A stretch of DNA of 64,000 bases from a virus. The stretch lies in IMG/VR virus record IMGVR_UViG_3300050821_002957, positions 143,192 to 207,191 of that record, one strand, 5' to 3'. The notes below the pieces were generated by a model, which was not told the DNA's origin, did not search any database, and saw only the letters and a list, made by a program, of their open reading frames with translations. Position 1 is the first letter of the stretch; each line of letters opens with the position of its first letter. Below, piece by piece: positions 18,272-27,060 of this stretch. The position numbers and the translations under genes are program-made.

Positions 18272-18786
18272 TCCTCGACATTCTCAAAGCGCAAAACCCA
18301 GCAGACTTCACTTTCCTGAAAAAGAAAGCTGCTGATGTCACTTCATTCGGTGAAGCAATACAAGCTCTTGCCGACCAGATGATTGAAACCATGCTGGCAC
18401 CAAATGAAAATGGAGATCCCAGAGGCGTCGGTTTGGCTGGTCCACAAGTTGGTGTTGGCTTGAACATCTTCGTCATGCGTACCCAACATGGAATCGAACA
18501 TGACACTCGTGAATCGATGGTTATCATCAATCCTCACGTCCTAATCGAAACCAATGGCACCGAGGAAGAGATAGAAGGCTGTCTGAGCATTCCCGGCCTC
18601 TTAGGGAAGGTGAAGCGACACAAAGAGCTTGGCGTGGTGTTCTATGACGCCTACGGCCACCGCAAAGGCATGGCCTTGAGCGGTTTCATTGCCCGAGTCT
18701 TCCAACACGAGAAAGATCACCTGGACGGCATTCTCTTTACCGACCGAACCAAAGATTTGTACGTCCCAAAAAAGAAGGCATCATGA
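18268..18786 (+). CDS. def: peptide deformylase
   Basis: GVGLAGPQVG, EGCLSIPG and QHEKDHLDG motifs; 172 aa. Confidence 0.9.
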   Translation: MILDILKAQNPADFTFLKKKAADVTSFGEAIQALADQMIETMLAPNENGDPRGVGLAGPQVGVGLNIFVMRTQHGIEHDTRESMVIINPHVLIETNGTEEEIEGCLSIPGLLGKVKRHKELGVVFYDAYGHRKGMALSGFIARVFQHEKDHLDGILFTDRTKDLYVPKKKAS

Positions 18787-19007
18787 TCATCCTGGTAAAG
18801 CCGTGTGTTCGACCAGAAGACAATTTGAAAGTGGATTATCACGATCAAAATGGTGGATGCTGGTATCGAGCCATCAATGTTGCTGGTCAGTTGTGTTTTG
18901 AAGCGACAGGCGGTGAAGAAGAAGTCGGCGGCTTCATCACGTTAGTCATGCTTGGTGAAGGAATGCAAGTCGGTAACGAATTTTCTTTGACTTTAGTTCC
19001 GGCCTAG
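18783..19007 (+). CDS. hypothetical protein
   Basis: 74-aa ORF. Confidence 0.45.
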   Translation: MIILVKPCVRPEDNLKVDYHDQNGGCWYRAINVAGQLCFEATGGEEEVGGFITLVMLGEGMQVGNEFSLTLVPA

Positions 19008-19016
19008 TGGTATTCT
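18987..19016 (+). promoter_or_regulatory. candidate promoter TTGACT, 18 bp, TATTCT with GGAGGG RBS before ATG 19041
   Basis: Hexamers and Shine-Dalgarno by eye. Confidence 0.35.
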
Positions 19017-19040
19017 TTCTTTGGAGGGTTCAACAAACCT

Positions 19041-19271
19041 ATGGCTGACGAAAACAGCGGTCCCCAGATTCAGGGCAAACCGGCAAAAACTGCTTCTGCA
19101 ATAGAAAAGGCGCTTCTCGGTGAAATGGCCGAAGCTCGCATCAAAGAGTTCCGTAACAAGCTCAAGGAACTGGTAGTCGCTCGTGACGCCGCACAGAAGG
19201 TACTCGACGGAAAGAACGCAGAGATCAAGGCGCTTTCCGAAGACTACAGCGACGTTCTAGCACCTGAGTAA
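19041..19271 (+). CDS. small coiled-coil protein
   Basis: 76-aa ORF, strong RBS. Confidence 0.5.
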   Translation: MADENSGPQIQGKPAKTASAIEKALLGEMAEARIKEFRNKLKELVVARDAAQKVLDGKNAEIKALSEDYSDVLAPE

Positions 19272-19286
19272 TTTCATTCAACCGGC

Positions 19287-19976
19287 GTGCAACATCACAT
19301 TGAAGATCCCGAAGACAATTGGGGTTATGAAATGATTCCCACGCCGGAATACTCCAAAGAAGATTATGAATACCAGGGAAAAGTGAGCCGCCGCAGAATG
19401 TATTTTGTGAAACCAGTGAAATTTCCGTACAAAGTCGTACTGAACGACAATGACGAAAGTGAATTCCCAGAACCTATGTCTAGCAAGGCAGAACAACACA
19501 CACGATGGTACAATTCAATAGCATTGTATGAGATGGTTCACAATAGCCAGATCGTACTCAATTTTGGTGGATTGCATTATCTAGCCGAAGATCTTGCAAA
19601 AGCAGGCTGGACGTGTAGAATCACATACAATCCCTATGGTGGTCGCACGAAAGTAGTGTTTAATAGCGCCGACCGTCGATCCACATTGTGTTTCCGTGTG
19701 GACCGATCAAAACAAGATTTCAAGTCAAACGACCATGCGCTTCTAAAGCGTCTTGGTGAGGGCACATTCAACATCGTCCCCAAGATCCTGGTCACTGAAA
19801 AGGTCATTCAAAAAGAAGTGGTCACGGAAGTAGTCAAAGAAGTGATAACTGAAGAAGCATCTGATTTTGAACTTTTGGATCGTGTCAATCAGAACATCCA
19901 AAAGCGTCTCAAGGCTCGACCGAAGAGAAAAGCTGTTCCAACTGAGGTTCCGCAGGTAATGAAAGCGGCATCATGA
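19287..19976 (+). CDS. hypothetical protein
   Basis: 229-aa ORF. Confidence 0.55.
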   Translation: MQHHIEDPEDNWGYEMIPTPEYSKEDYEYQGKVSRRRMYFVKPVKFPYKVVLNDNDESEFPEPMSSKAEQHTRWYNSIALYEMVHNSQIVLNFGGLHYLAEDLAKAGWTCRITYNPYGGRTKVVFNSADRRSTLCFRVDRSKQDFKSNDHALLKRLGEGTFNIVPKILVTEKVIQKEVVTEVVKEVITEEASDFELLDRVNQNIQKRLKARPKRKAVPTEVPQVMKAAS

Positions 19977-20380
19977 TAAACAGACTGACCCACGACGAAG
20001 AAACTGGCAAACGCTTTCTGACGAAGGAAGAGCTTGAAGACGGTGCTTATTACGTCGGACATTGCCGGAATGCGTCTGTGGCTCGTTGGAACGCCGAGAA
20101 ACAACAATTCTATCACTGGCGAGAGAAGTGGGGAATCTTTTCCACTGAGACTATCAAACATCCAGTCGATGACGAGAAATTTGATGTTTTTCTTCCACAT
20201 CGAAAACTCGAAGAACCAAAATTTGAAATCCCATTCGACGAGACTGAGTTCAAAGGGGATAAAAAATTGCTTTATGAGCACAACCTTGAAGTTTGGTGCT
20301 ATTGTGGGTTAACCGGCAAGTGCATCCATTGCAAATGTGATGCCCGAGAAAGAGAGCTACAAAACGATGTCGATGCATAG
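19973..20380 (+). CDS. hypothetical protein with C-terminal Cys cluster
   Basis: 135-aa ORF; WCYCGLTGKCIHCKC. Confidence 0.55.
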   Translation: MINRLTHDEETGKRFLTKEELEDGAYYVGHCRNASVARWNAEKQQFYHWREKWGIFSTETIKHPVDDEKFDVFLPHRKLEEPKFEIPFDETEFKGDKKLLYEHNLEVWCYCGLTGKCIHCKCDARERELQNDVDA

Positions 20381-20651
20381 TTACGTCCAGGGAATCAAAC
20401 CTCCAGACGAAAAGTTCAACCAGATGCTTACAATTTGGAAGGCATGTATTGATGCAAACGTTAATCCGCCTGCCGCTGTCCATGAATTTTTTCGGGGTGA
20501 TGTTCCTGATGAAAAGGGCGTCATTGTGGACTTACAAGACGGTCATCCAGCAGTGCGGGAATATAAAGTAGACATGCAAGACGGCTTTGAGATCGATCTT
20601 CGCAAGCTGCCGGAAGACATCAAGATCATTCGATTCGTGAATTCGTACTAG
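20370..20651 (+). CDS. hypothetical protein
   Basis: ATG overlapping the upstream stop. Confidence 0.45.
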   Translation, partial: SMHSYVQGIKPPDEKFNQMLTIWKACIDANVNPPAAVHEFFRGDVPDEKGVIVDLQDGHPAVREYKVDMQDGFEIDLRKLPEDIKIIRFVNSY

Positions 20652-20662
20652 GGAGAAACATC

Positions 20663-20827
20663 ATGATCGCTACGAACATTTCTGAAAAAGAAGCAGAGAA
20701 GATCGTGGATAAACTCATCGACGACTTACAGGGCCGCAGCGGTCTGGGTAATGTCTGGGATGAGATGGATGATGAGATTCGTCGGGATCTCAAAGACGCC
20801 TGGATTGAAATCGTAATGAAAACATGA
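20663..20827 (+). CDS. hypothetical small protein (54 aa)
   Basis: GGGAG RBS; ATGA overlap with the next gene. Confidence 0.4.
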   Translation: MIATNISEKEAEKIVDKLIDDLQGRSGLGNVWDEMDDEIRRDLKDAWIEIVMKT

Positions 20828-21198
20828 CGCAAATCCCGGTCTCTCGGTTGATTGAATTTTACAATCCGTTCGAGTCACCATCGCCTTGGTATGATGTCGA
20901 ATTGGATTCTAACCAAAGACTCTCGATGCAGGTTATAAGTGAAGCAATCCGTCGTGAACGTTTCATTTCGTCAAATTGTTACGGAGAAAAATTTGACGAC
21001 CGCATCTGTCGAATTGCTTACCTTGTGAAATTCGGATGGTCGGATGCAATTTCACTGAAGATCACAAGTTCAAATTGTAAAATTGAAGATGGCAATCATC
21101 GCTTCGCTGCCGCCATTTTCCGTAAAGATACCTACATTTCTTGCAATCTTTCTGGACAAGTTGGGTATTGTTTCGCTTTGTTCGGAGTCAAACCTTAA
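20824..21198 (+). CDS. ParB/Srx-like nuclease-domain protein
   Basis: IEDGNHRFAAAI resembles the DGHHR motif of ParB-like nuclease domains. Confidence 0.4.
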   Translation: MTQIPVSRLIEFYNPFESPSPWYDVELDSNQRLSMQVISEAIRRERFISSNCYGEKFDDRICRIAYLVKFGWSDAISLKITSSNCKIEDGNHRFAAAIFRKDTYISCNLSGQVGYCFALFGVKP

Positions 21199-21590
21199 GA
21201 CAGAAACTTCGGTTCCAGATGAATGGCGAAGGGGATCTCATGGGTATAGCCTTTACCGATCAGATCATTCGAGTGAACCGGCTTCATTTTCTTTCCACGA
21301 TCTAAAGACAATGTGATGTGATAGAGCTTTCCATCTGGACGCTTGGTGCTCCCGTTGATTTCGACGACGAGAGCTTCCAGGCCATCTTGGGATGCATAGC
21401 CGACAACATGAGCTTCCTTTACAGCAGGCGGCAAGGGATCGCTGCTGCTGGCCGGGAACTTATACGTGACATGGTGACAAATCACTTCAGGATTTTTTGG
21501 CTGATAGTGATGCAACAATTCACGTCGGCTCGCATCAGTCAATTCGTATGCTGTGTACCCCATTTTATTAAACGCCTCGAAGGTAAGCAT
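21195..21590 (-). CDS. hypothetical protein
   Basis: 131-aa ORF. Confidence 0.5.
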   Translation of the reverse strand: MLTFEAFNKMGYTAYELTDASRRELLHHYQPKNPEVICHHVTYKFPASSSDPLPPAVKEAHVVGYASQDGLEALVVEINGSTKRPDGKLYHITLSLDRGKKMKPVHSNDLIGKGYTHEIPFAIHLEPKFLS

Positions 21591-21598
21591 AGCACAAA

Positions 21599-22576
21599 TT
21601 AGTATTGCTTTGCGTCTGGTGCGAACGGGCCAGCTTTGTGGTGAGCCATGAGTGAATCGTGATGTTGGACGCCTTTGGTAATGTGCGAGTGCATCGATTT
21701 CAAATCTGTACCGCCATCATGAAATGCACCACCACGCCATGAGTGTTTATCAGGACGGCCCTTGTGTGTAGTCGTCACTAACTGGACACCTGATTTCCAA
21801 TGATGATCTGGTTGATATGTATGGACAGTCGTTGCGCCTTTCTTCCATGTACTCTTATGTTCCAGACCAGCTTTTGTAGCTTCGTCGTGCCACGGATGAC
21901 GTTCTTCTGGCTTTACATCTTTTGCATCGGTTAAGGTAGAATGGGCTTCGTTCATTTCTTCGTCCTCATTTCTAAGTCTACCAAATTCGATGTTTTTTTT
22001 GCGACGTTCAAGTGCCAAATCCCGAACTGCCTTTTGCTTCACAATTGGATCAGCACTCAACAAACTGGTGTTGATGTTCTTTCGCAAATTATAAAGTCTA
22101 CGAATTTCCATAAGACTTTCACCGTTCGGTCCAACTTCTTCGTGTAAACTGCGGAGATGATGTTGAAGATCACGAAGTGGAGTTGCATTACCGCCGACAC
22201 CCCGTTTCTTTCCTGCCTTTACGTGATTCCAGCTACGATCATCACCAAAAGTTAGAGTATGACCGGATTCATGCTTCCAAGTGTTCGGCGAGCCTTTGAC
22301 ACGTTTGTACTCGTGCTTTCTGGCGTGATGCTCCTGGCGTTCTTTGATGTGCGCCATACGCTCTGCTTTACGACTCTCTGCGGCTTCCTTCTTGGCGTGC
22401 AACTTCAACAATGCTTTATACTTAGGATGTTTCGTGCCGTACTTTGAACTAGCCGACTTGATGTGACTTTTGAGAGTTTTGAGATCCCGAATTTCGTTCA
22501 GGTTCATTTCATCCAACAGGACGAGTTCTTGCAGTTCTTCCGCAAGCAATTGACCGAGTTCTTTAGCGTATGACAT
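21599..22576 (-). CDS. hypothetical protein with His/Trp-rich C-terminal tandem repeats
   Basis: Start taken at MSYAKELG. C-terminal repeats of H-x-x-W-(K/R)-x-G (EHKSTWKKG, DHHWKSG, DKHSWRGG). Confidence 0.55.
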   Translation of the reverse strand: MSYAKELGQLLAEELQELVLLDEMNLNEIRDLKTLKSHIKSASSKYGTKHPKYKALLKLHAKKEAAESRKAERMAHIKERQEHHARKHEYKRVKGSPNTWKHESGHTLTFGDDRSWNHVKAGKKRGVGGNATPLRDLQHHLRSLHEEVGPNGESLMEIRRLYNLRKNINTSLLSADPIVKQKAVRDLALERRKKNIEFGRLRNEDEEMNEAHSTLTDAKDVKPEERHPWHDEATKAGLEHKSTWKKGATTVHTYQPDHHWKSGVQLVTTTHKGRPDKHSWRGGAFHDGGTDLKSMHSHITKGVQHHDSLMAHHKAGPFAPDAKQY

Positions 22577-22629
22577 GTCTGTATTTAGAACAACTTGACA
22601 GAACCCAAATTCGTGTTGAAATAGTTGGC

Positions 22630-23112
22630 ATGAGTCGTACAATTCCAGATTGGGACAGCTACTTCATGGGGATGCTTGAACCAATTTCTCGTCGTAGTAA
22701 AGATCCTAATACACAGGTCGGATGTGTAATCACAGGATCAGATCACAACATTAGATCGACGGGGTTCAATAGCTTTCCACGAGGCATTCAAGACGATGTT
22801 CCTGAACGTCTTGAGAGGCCCGAGAAGTACTTTTGGATTGAACATGGAGACCGTAACGCAATTTATGCCGCCGCCAGAGTTGGAACACCACTACAAGGTT
22901 GCAAAATGTACCTTACTGGTTTGCCATGTATGGATTGTGCCCGAGCCATTATTCAGGTGGGAATCGTCGAAGTAATCTATGATGGCAACCGACAAGACGA
23001 ATGGGCAAAAACCACACCAAAATATGTACCAGATTTTGAGCGAGTAAAAATCTTGTTGCACGAGGCAGGTATTATACTGACCGAGTGGCGAGAGAGTCCA
23101 TGTTCTTCATAA
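22630..23112 (+). CDS. cd: dCMP deaminase (CDA fold) with atypical HGD in place of HAE
   Basis: N-terminus WDSYFMGMLEPISRRSKDPNTQVGCVIT and zinc motif LPCMDCARAI are classic dCMP deaminase. The first zinc motif reads EHGDRNAI instead of HAExNA. Confidence 0.7.
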   Translation: MSRTIPDWDSYFMGMLEPISRRSKDPNTQVGCVITGSDHNIRSTGFNSFPRGIQDDVPERLERPEKYFWIEHGDRNAIYAAARVGTPLQGCKMYLTGLPCMDCARAIIQVGIVEVIYDGNRQDEWAKTTPKYVPDFERVKILLHEAGIILTEWRESPCSS

Positions 23113-23549
23113 CGGTCTTTCCATTGTTTGCTGCTTTTGTCGGTGGTGTTTTGGTGATTTATGCTGCGTTCCACAAATCTAACGAATCAGGAACCATCGA
23201 AGGCAAAATTAGAAATCTTCGGGTGAGTCGGCCACTTTACAAGAACACCAAGCGAGCCGGGACACGGTTTGATTTTCAGGTCTGGGTGGAGAACAATTCC
23301 GGGCGTGATGTCATATTCGGCTTTCCGACCATAGAAATCAATTTGAAAGACGGCAAGGTTCATGAATGGAAACTTCCTGACCAAATTGGATTCGTACCTA
23401 AAGAAAGTTACGTACTAATTCCAAAAAGCAGAAGTGAATTCATCAGATTGTATCTTGATGATGTGGATCAATCGGCACTTGACCTGAAGTCGTTGTCGGT
23501 GAAAGTTAAGGATAATAAAGGAATGTTGTATGTTTTCATTGAGGAGTAA
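23085..23549 (+). CDS. hypothetical membrane-anchored protein
   Basis: N-terminal TM helix; 154 aa. Confidence 0.5.
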   Translation: MARESMFFITVFPLFAAFVGGVLVIYAAFHKSNESGTIEGKIRNLRVSRPLYKNTKRAGTRFDFQVWVENNSGRDVIFGFPTIEINLKDGKVHEWKLPDQIGFVPKESYVLIPKSRSEFIRLYLDDVDQSALDLKSLSVKVKDNKGMLYVFIEE

Positions 23550-23579
23550 GAGACACCGCTAGACCGCTAAATAGTAGCG

Positions 23580-23873
23580 ATGGCAAGAACCACCAATCAA
23601 CTGGCCGAAGGTTTCAGTTTCGCCGGAACGTTTCTCTTCTCGCAGAAAGCGGATGCTGAGGGCATAGCAGCAATGTTAGGTCTTCAGGGTGCCTTTCCGA
23701 TGCAAACCGATGAAGGTTTGTTTTGGATGCCCGGAACATCATACGACGAACTTCTTCAGCGCATCTATTCTGATTGGACGTTACCCGACAAAGCCACGGT
23801 TCCTCTAGCCCATCCTCAAGATCCAAACAGACTGACGTTTCTTGCTTACCTAGATACTCAGGGAGAGCAATAA
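23580..23873 (+). CDS. hypothetical protein
   Basis: 97-aa ORF. Confidence 0.45.
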   Translation: MARTTNQLAEGFSFAGTFLFSQKADAEGIAAMLGLQGAFPMQTDEGLFWMPGTSYDELLQRIYSDWTLPDKATVPLAHPQDPNRLTFLAYLDTQGEQ

Positions 23874-23879
23874 AACTAT

Positions 23880-24158
23880 ATGCCAATTTACGAATACGGA
23901 TGCTCCAATTGCGAGACACTATTCGAGAAGATTCTGAAGATGAGTGAGATGGAAGAGCCTTTGCACAATCCATGTCCTGAATGTGGTTCCTTAGGGAGCA
24001 TTACACAAGAGGTCACAGCGGCAAATTTCGGAGATCCCGTTCGCATGGGTCGAGTAAAACCCGATGCTGGATGGAATGATGTCTTGAAGAAGGTAAAGAG
24101 TGCTCACCCGAAAGGCAACTGGGGGAATAAGAAATTTACCCCGACGCAAGGGAGGTAA
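23880..24158 (+). CDS. FmdB-family zinc-ribbon protein
   Basis: MPIYEYGCSNCETLFE...CPECGS. Confidence 0.55.
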   Translation: MPIYEYGCSNCETLFEKILKMSEMEEPLHNPCPECGSLGSITQEVTAANFGDPVRMGRVKPDAGWNDVLKKVKSAHPKGNWGNKKFTPTQGR

Positions 24159-24197
24159 TGAGCACAGTTAGAAATTAATTTTAGGAGAACGCAAGGA

Positions 24198-24953
24198 ATG
24201 TCCAAGCGCAAAAGAACGGCAAACGGCGACCAACACAACAACCAGTCGCTAGACCAGAGTTTCAGATTGAAGAAGATTTCTCCGATGACCGATACGCAAT
24301 CCGACGTATTCGATGCGTATTCAGAGGATTTGAATCTTTTCTTGTACGGCTGCGCCGGAACGGGAAAAACATTCATCTCGCTCTATCTTGCTTTAAAAGA
24401 AGTTCTGAATCCAAATTCGCCATATCGCAAGGTTTACATGGTGAGGTCGTCTGTGCCTTCCCGAGACATGGGCTTCATGCCGGGTAACAAGCAAGAGAAG
24501 ATGGCTGTCTACGAAGCTCCTTACATTGCGATGGTCAACACATTGTTTGGTCGGGGTGATGCCTATCAAGTTGCCGTCCAAAAAGGTGCTTTTGAAATGC
24601 TTTCGACATCCTTCATGAGAGGCGCAACGCTTGAAAATTGTATTGTGATCGCCGACGAAGTTCAAAATTATTCCTTCCAGGAGCTTGATACCCTTGTCAC
24701 CAGACCGGGACAAAACTGCCGTATGATCATGTGCGGCGACGTAGAACAGTGTGATTTGATCCGTAACAAGTACGATACTACTGGTTTGCCTCAGTTCATG
24801 AAGATCGTTGATTTGATGGAGTCTTTTGAGTTTATCGAGTTCATGCCGCAGGACATCGTTCGTTCGGGTTTTGTCAAAGAATATATAATGGCAAAGCGTA
24901 AGGTTGAACACGGTGAGACATCAGAATTTCTCCCGTCCGAGGAACCAGCATAA
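24198..24953 (+). CDS. phoH: PhoH-like P-loop ATPase
   Basis: LYGCAGTGKT Walker A, IVIADEVQN, MCGDVEQCDL; 251 aa. Confidence 0.8.
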   Translation: MSKRKRTANGDQHNNQSLDQSFRLKKISPMTDTQSDVFDAYSEDLNLFLYGCAGTGKTFISLYLALKEVLNPNSPYRKVYMVRSSVPSRDMGFMPGNKQEKMAVYEAPYIAMVNTLFGRGDAYQVAVQKGAFEMLSTSFMRGATLENCIVIADEVQNYSFQELDTLVTRPGQNCRMIMCGDVEQCDLIRNKYDTTGLPQFMKIVDLMESFEFIEFMPQDIVRSGFVKEYIMAKRKVEHGETSEFLPSEEPA

Positions 24954-24956
24954 ATT

Positions 24957-25175
24957 ATGGAATATTATTGCCCATCATGTCGAGATTGGTTCGACACCAC
25001 ATACTGTGCATCACACTATGAAAGTGTTCACGGTCAGTCTGACGTAACATTTGAAAAGTTGAGACAACGCATGAAAGTGGTTGGTGGGTTAGACGTTAGA
25101 GACGAAAAAGAGGCCGCACTTGAAGAAGAGGAGCGGCCCGTTTTCGTGACAAATAATTTCAGACATCAATTGTAG
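24957..25175 (+). CDS. hypothetical small protein
   Basis: 72-aa ORF. Confidence 0.4.
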   Translation: MEYYCPSCRDWFDTTYCASHYESVHGQSDVTFEKLRQRMKVVGGLDVRDEKEAALEEEERPVFVTNNFRHQL

Positions 25176-25189
25176 AGATAGAGGAACAT

Positions 25190-25519
25190 ATGACAACAAT
25201 CGCAACATACAATCAAGCTCGTTCGCTGGCACATGCCCTTGGAGAGTTTAATATCGGCATAAAGCCTGAAACCTTCGAGATGACAACCTCTGGAATCTAC
25301 ATTCCTCGTTGGATAGGTTATAGCCGGATTCCTCATGAATTCGATCCTATCACTGGTGTCGCTCAATGGTATTTCTTTTTCCGTTTTGTCAACACAGCAA
25401 CCGCCGATCTCAATGTCGGAGAAGCTCTTGACTTCCAAAACGGAAAACCGTCTGGCGCTCGTGGAATGGCTGCATTGGTCAACAAGATCAAGTCAAACGT
25501 TCGTGTCGTAAAACCGTAA
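25190..25519 (+). CDS. hypothetical protein
   Basis: 109-aa ORF. Confidence 0.5.
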   Translation: MTTIATYNQARSLAHALGEFNIGIKPETFEMTTSGIYIPRWIGYSRIPHEFDPITGVAQWYFFFRFVNTATADLNVGEALDFQNGKPSGARGMAALVNKIKSNVRVVKP

Positions 25520-25520
25520 C

Positions 25521-25548
25521 TTGACGTTTTGAGATTGTGCGGTATGTT
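25521..25548 (+). promoter_or_regulatory. promoter TTGACG, 16 bp, TATGTT, 6 nt, ATG 25555
   Basis: Same leaderless geometry as the box-promoter family. Confidence 0.4.
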
Positions 25549-25554
25549 AGGATT

Positions 25555-25953
25555 ATGCCGCCAACACGAAGACTTGAAGCACGAGATACACCACTACTCG
25601 GTATTGCCAAACTTTCTGAAGGTGTTCCTCGCATTGTTGAAATTTTAGACAATCTGTTCAAATATGCTTCGATGATCGATCCCTACTCTATTTTGGGTGG
25701 GGCGGCGTATCTTGTCTATTTGGATGAATTAGGAATCTATTGTAGTGACATCGGAGCTTTGTTTAGGCGTTGCAACCAAAATGTTCTGGAGATGGCAACC
25801 GTATTACGTGCCTATCAATTGGGCATTCTGACTGACACCGAAATTCGTTCAGTTATTGATTCTAAACATGGATTTAATACTCAGGCTCTTTTTACCGCCG
25901 TCCAAGCGGAATTGCCGGGTTTTGGACAAATGTCCATACAGAAAGATGAATAA
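25555..25953 (+). CDS. hypothetical protein
   Basis: First ATG of a GTG-initiated frame; sits 6 nt after the -10 element. Confidence 0.5.
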   Translation: MPPTRRLEARDTPLLGIAKLSEGVPRIVEILDNLFKYASMIDPYSILGGAAYLVYLDELGIYCSDIGALFRRCNQNVLEMATVLRAYQLGILTDTEIRSVIDSKHGFNTQALFTAVQAELPGFGQMSIQKDE

Positions 25954-26617
25954 GACTTTTACTCATCTACCACTGCAAACTCCTCTTCCTGAGCTTTCCG
26001 CAGACACTACAGACCACGGACGTTTTTATACTACACCGGCAGGAAACGTTTATCCTTCTATCACCACAGTCCTTTCTGTATTGAGCAAAGAACACATTGG
26101 TAAGTGGAAAGAAAAAGTCGGCGAGATCCAGGCTAAAGAAATTTCAGAACACGCTTCCAATCGAGGAACGGAGCTTCATGCAATTTTAGAGTCGTATCTC
26201 AATAATGAAGAATTGATTTTTCCGACTGATCCCAAAAGCAAAGTGCGGATCATGTTCAATCGCATGAAACGTGTCTTGAACAACGTCGATAACGTCATAG
26301 CTCAAGAAGTTCCATTGTATTCTGATGAACTTGGTATTGCAGGCCGGTGTGACGTGATCGCTGAATGGATCAAGAAATTGTCCATCATCGATTTTAAAGG
26401 ATCGACCAAGGCAAAGAAGGTCGATTGGATCTCTGGTTATTTTATGCAAGCGACCGGCTACTCTCTTATGTTTGAAGAACGTACCGGGATTAAGATCGAC
26501 CAAATTGTAATTTTGATGTCGGGGGAAGATGACTTCTCTTGTCAGGTGTTTGTTGAAGATCGAGAGAAATTCATTGAACCTCTGAAAGAGACCATTGCAC
26601 TATTTCACAAACAATGA
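25946..26617 (+). CDS. PD-(D/E)XK-family nuclease (phage exonuclease-like)
   Basis: RFYTTPAGNVYPSITTVL, GRCDVIAEW, IIDFKGSTK (D...D-x-K); 224 aa. Confidence 0.5.
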   Translation: MNKTFTHLPLQTPLPELSADTTDHGRFYTTPAGNVYPSITTVLSVLSKEHIGKWKEKVGEIQAKEISEHASNRGTELHAILESYLNNEELIFPTDPKSKVRIMFNRMKRVLNNVDNVIAQEVPLYSDELGIAGRCDVIAEWIKKLSIIDFKGSTKAKKVDWISGYFMQATGYSLMFEERTGIKIDQIVILMSGEDDFSCQVFVEDREKFIEPLKETIALFHKQ

Positions 26618-27048
26618 GCAACCACACTCTTACGTACAAAGAAATCATGAACATTCCAGCGGGACGCATCATGAATACATTTATCAATGAATACGTCCTT
26701 GGTCAACATCCAGAACGCTGGAGCAATGGACAACAAAAGGAGATCAGAGTCCATTGGTTTGAAGAGCATCCTCGTGCGTGCGCTGAGGATGACGGGGGCT
26801 ACTGCTCTGCGGATAGCATATCAAAATTCAGCACGGACATTTCGGCAGCAATGGCACTGGCAAACGTACTATTTGGAAAAACCTTGACAACCAAGACCAT
26901 CACAGATAAAGATGCGACGGTCGTCAATCAATGGGCCACGTTTTCAAATGTAGGATTTGGAGATCCTAACTACAACTGGAAGCAGGCGTGGGCAGTCGGA
27001 GAAACGATGGCTTTAGCAATATGTAGAGCCGCATTACTAGCAGTATAA
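26614..27048 (+). CDS. hypothetical protein
   Basis: 144-aa ORF. Confidence 0.5.
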   Translation: MSNHTLTYKEIMNIPAGRIMNTFINEYVLGQHPERWSNGQQKEIRVHWFEEHPRACAEDDGGYCSADSISKFSTDISAAMALANVLFGKTLTTKTITDKDATVVNQWATFSNVGFGDPNYNWKQAWAVGETMALAICRAALLAV

Positions 27049-27060
27049 CTATTAACAACT

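Noticed and set aside
22595-22629. TTGACA upstream of the dCMP deaminase gene as another leaderless promoter
   Set aside because: No acceptable -10 hexamer at 16 to 18 bp spacing; does not fit the family geometry.
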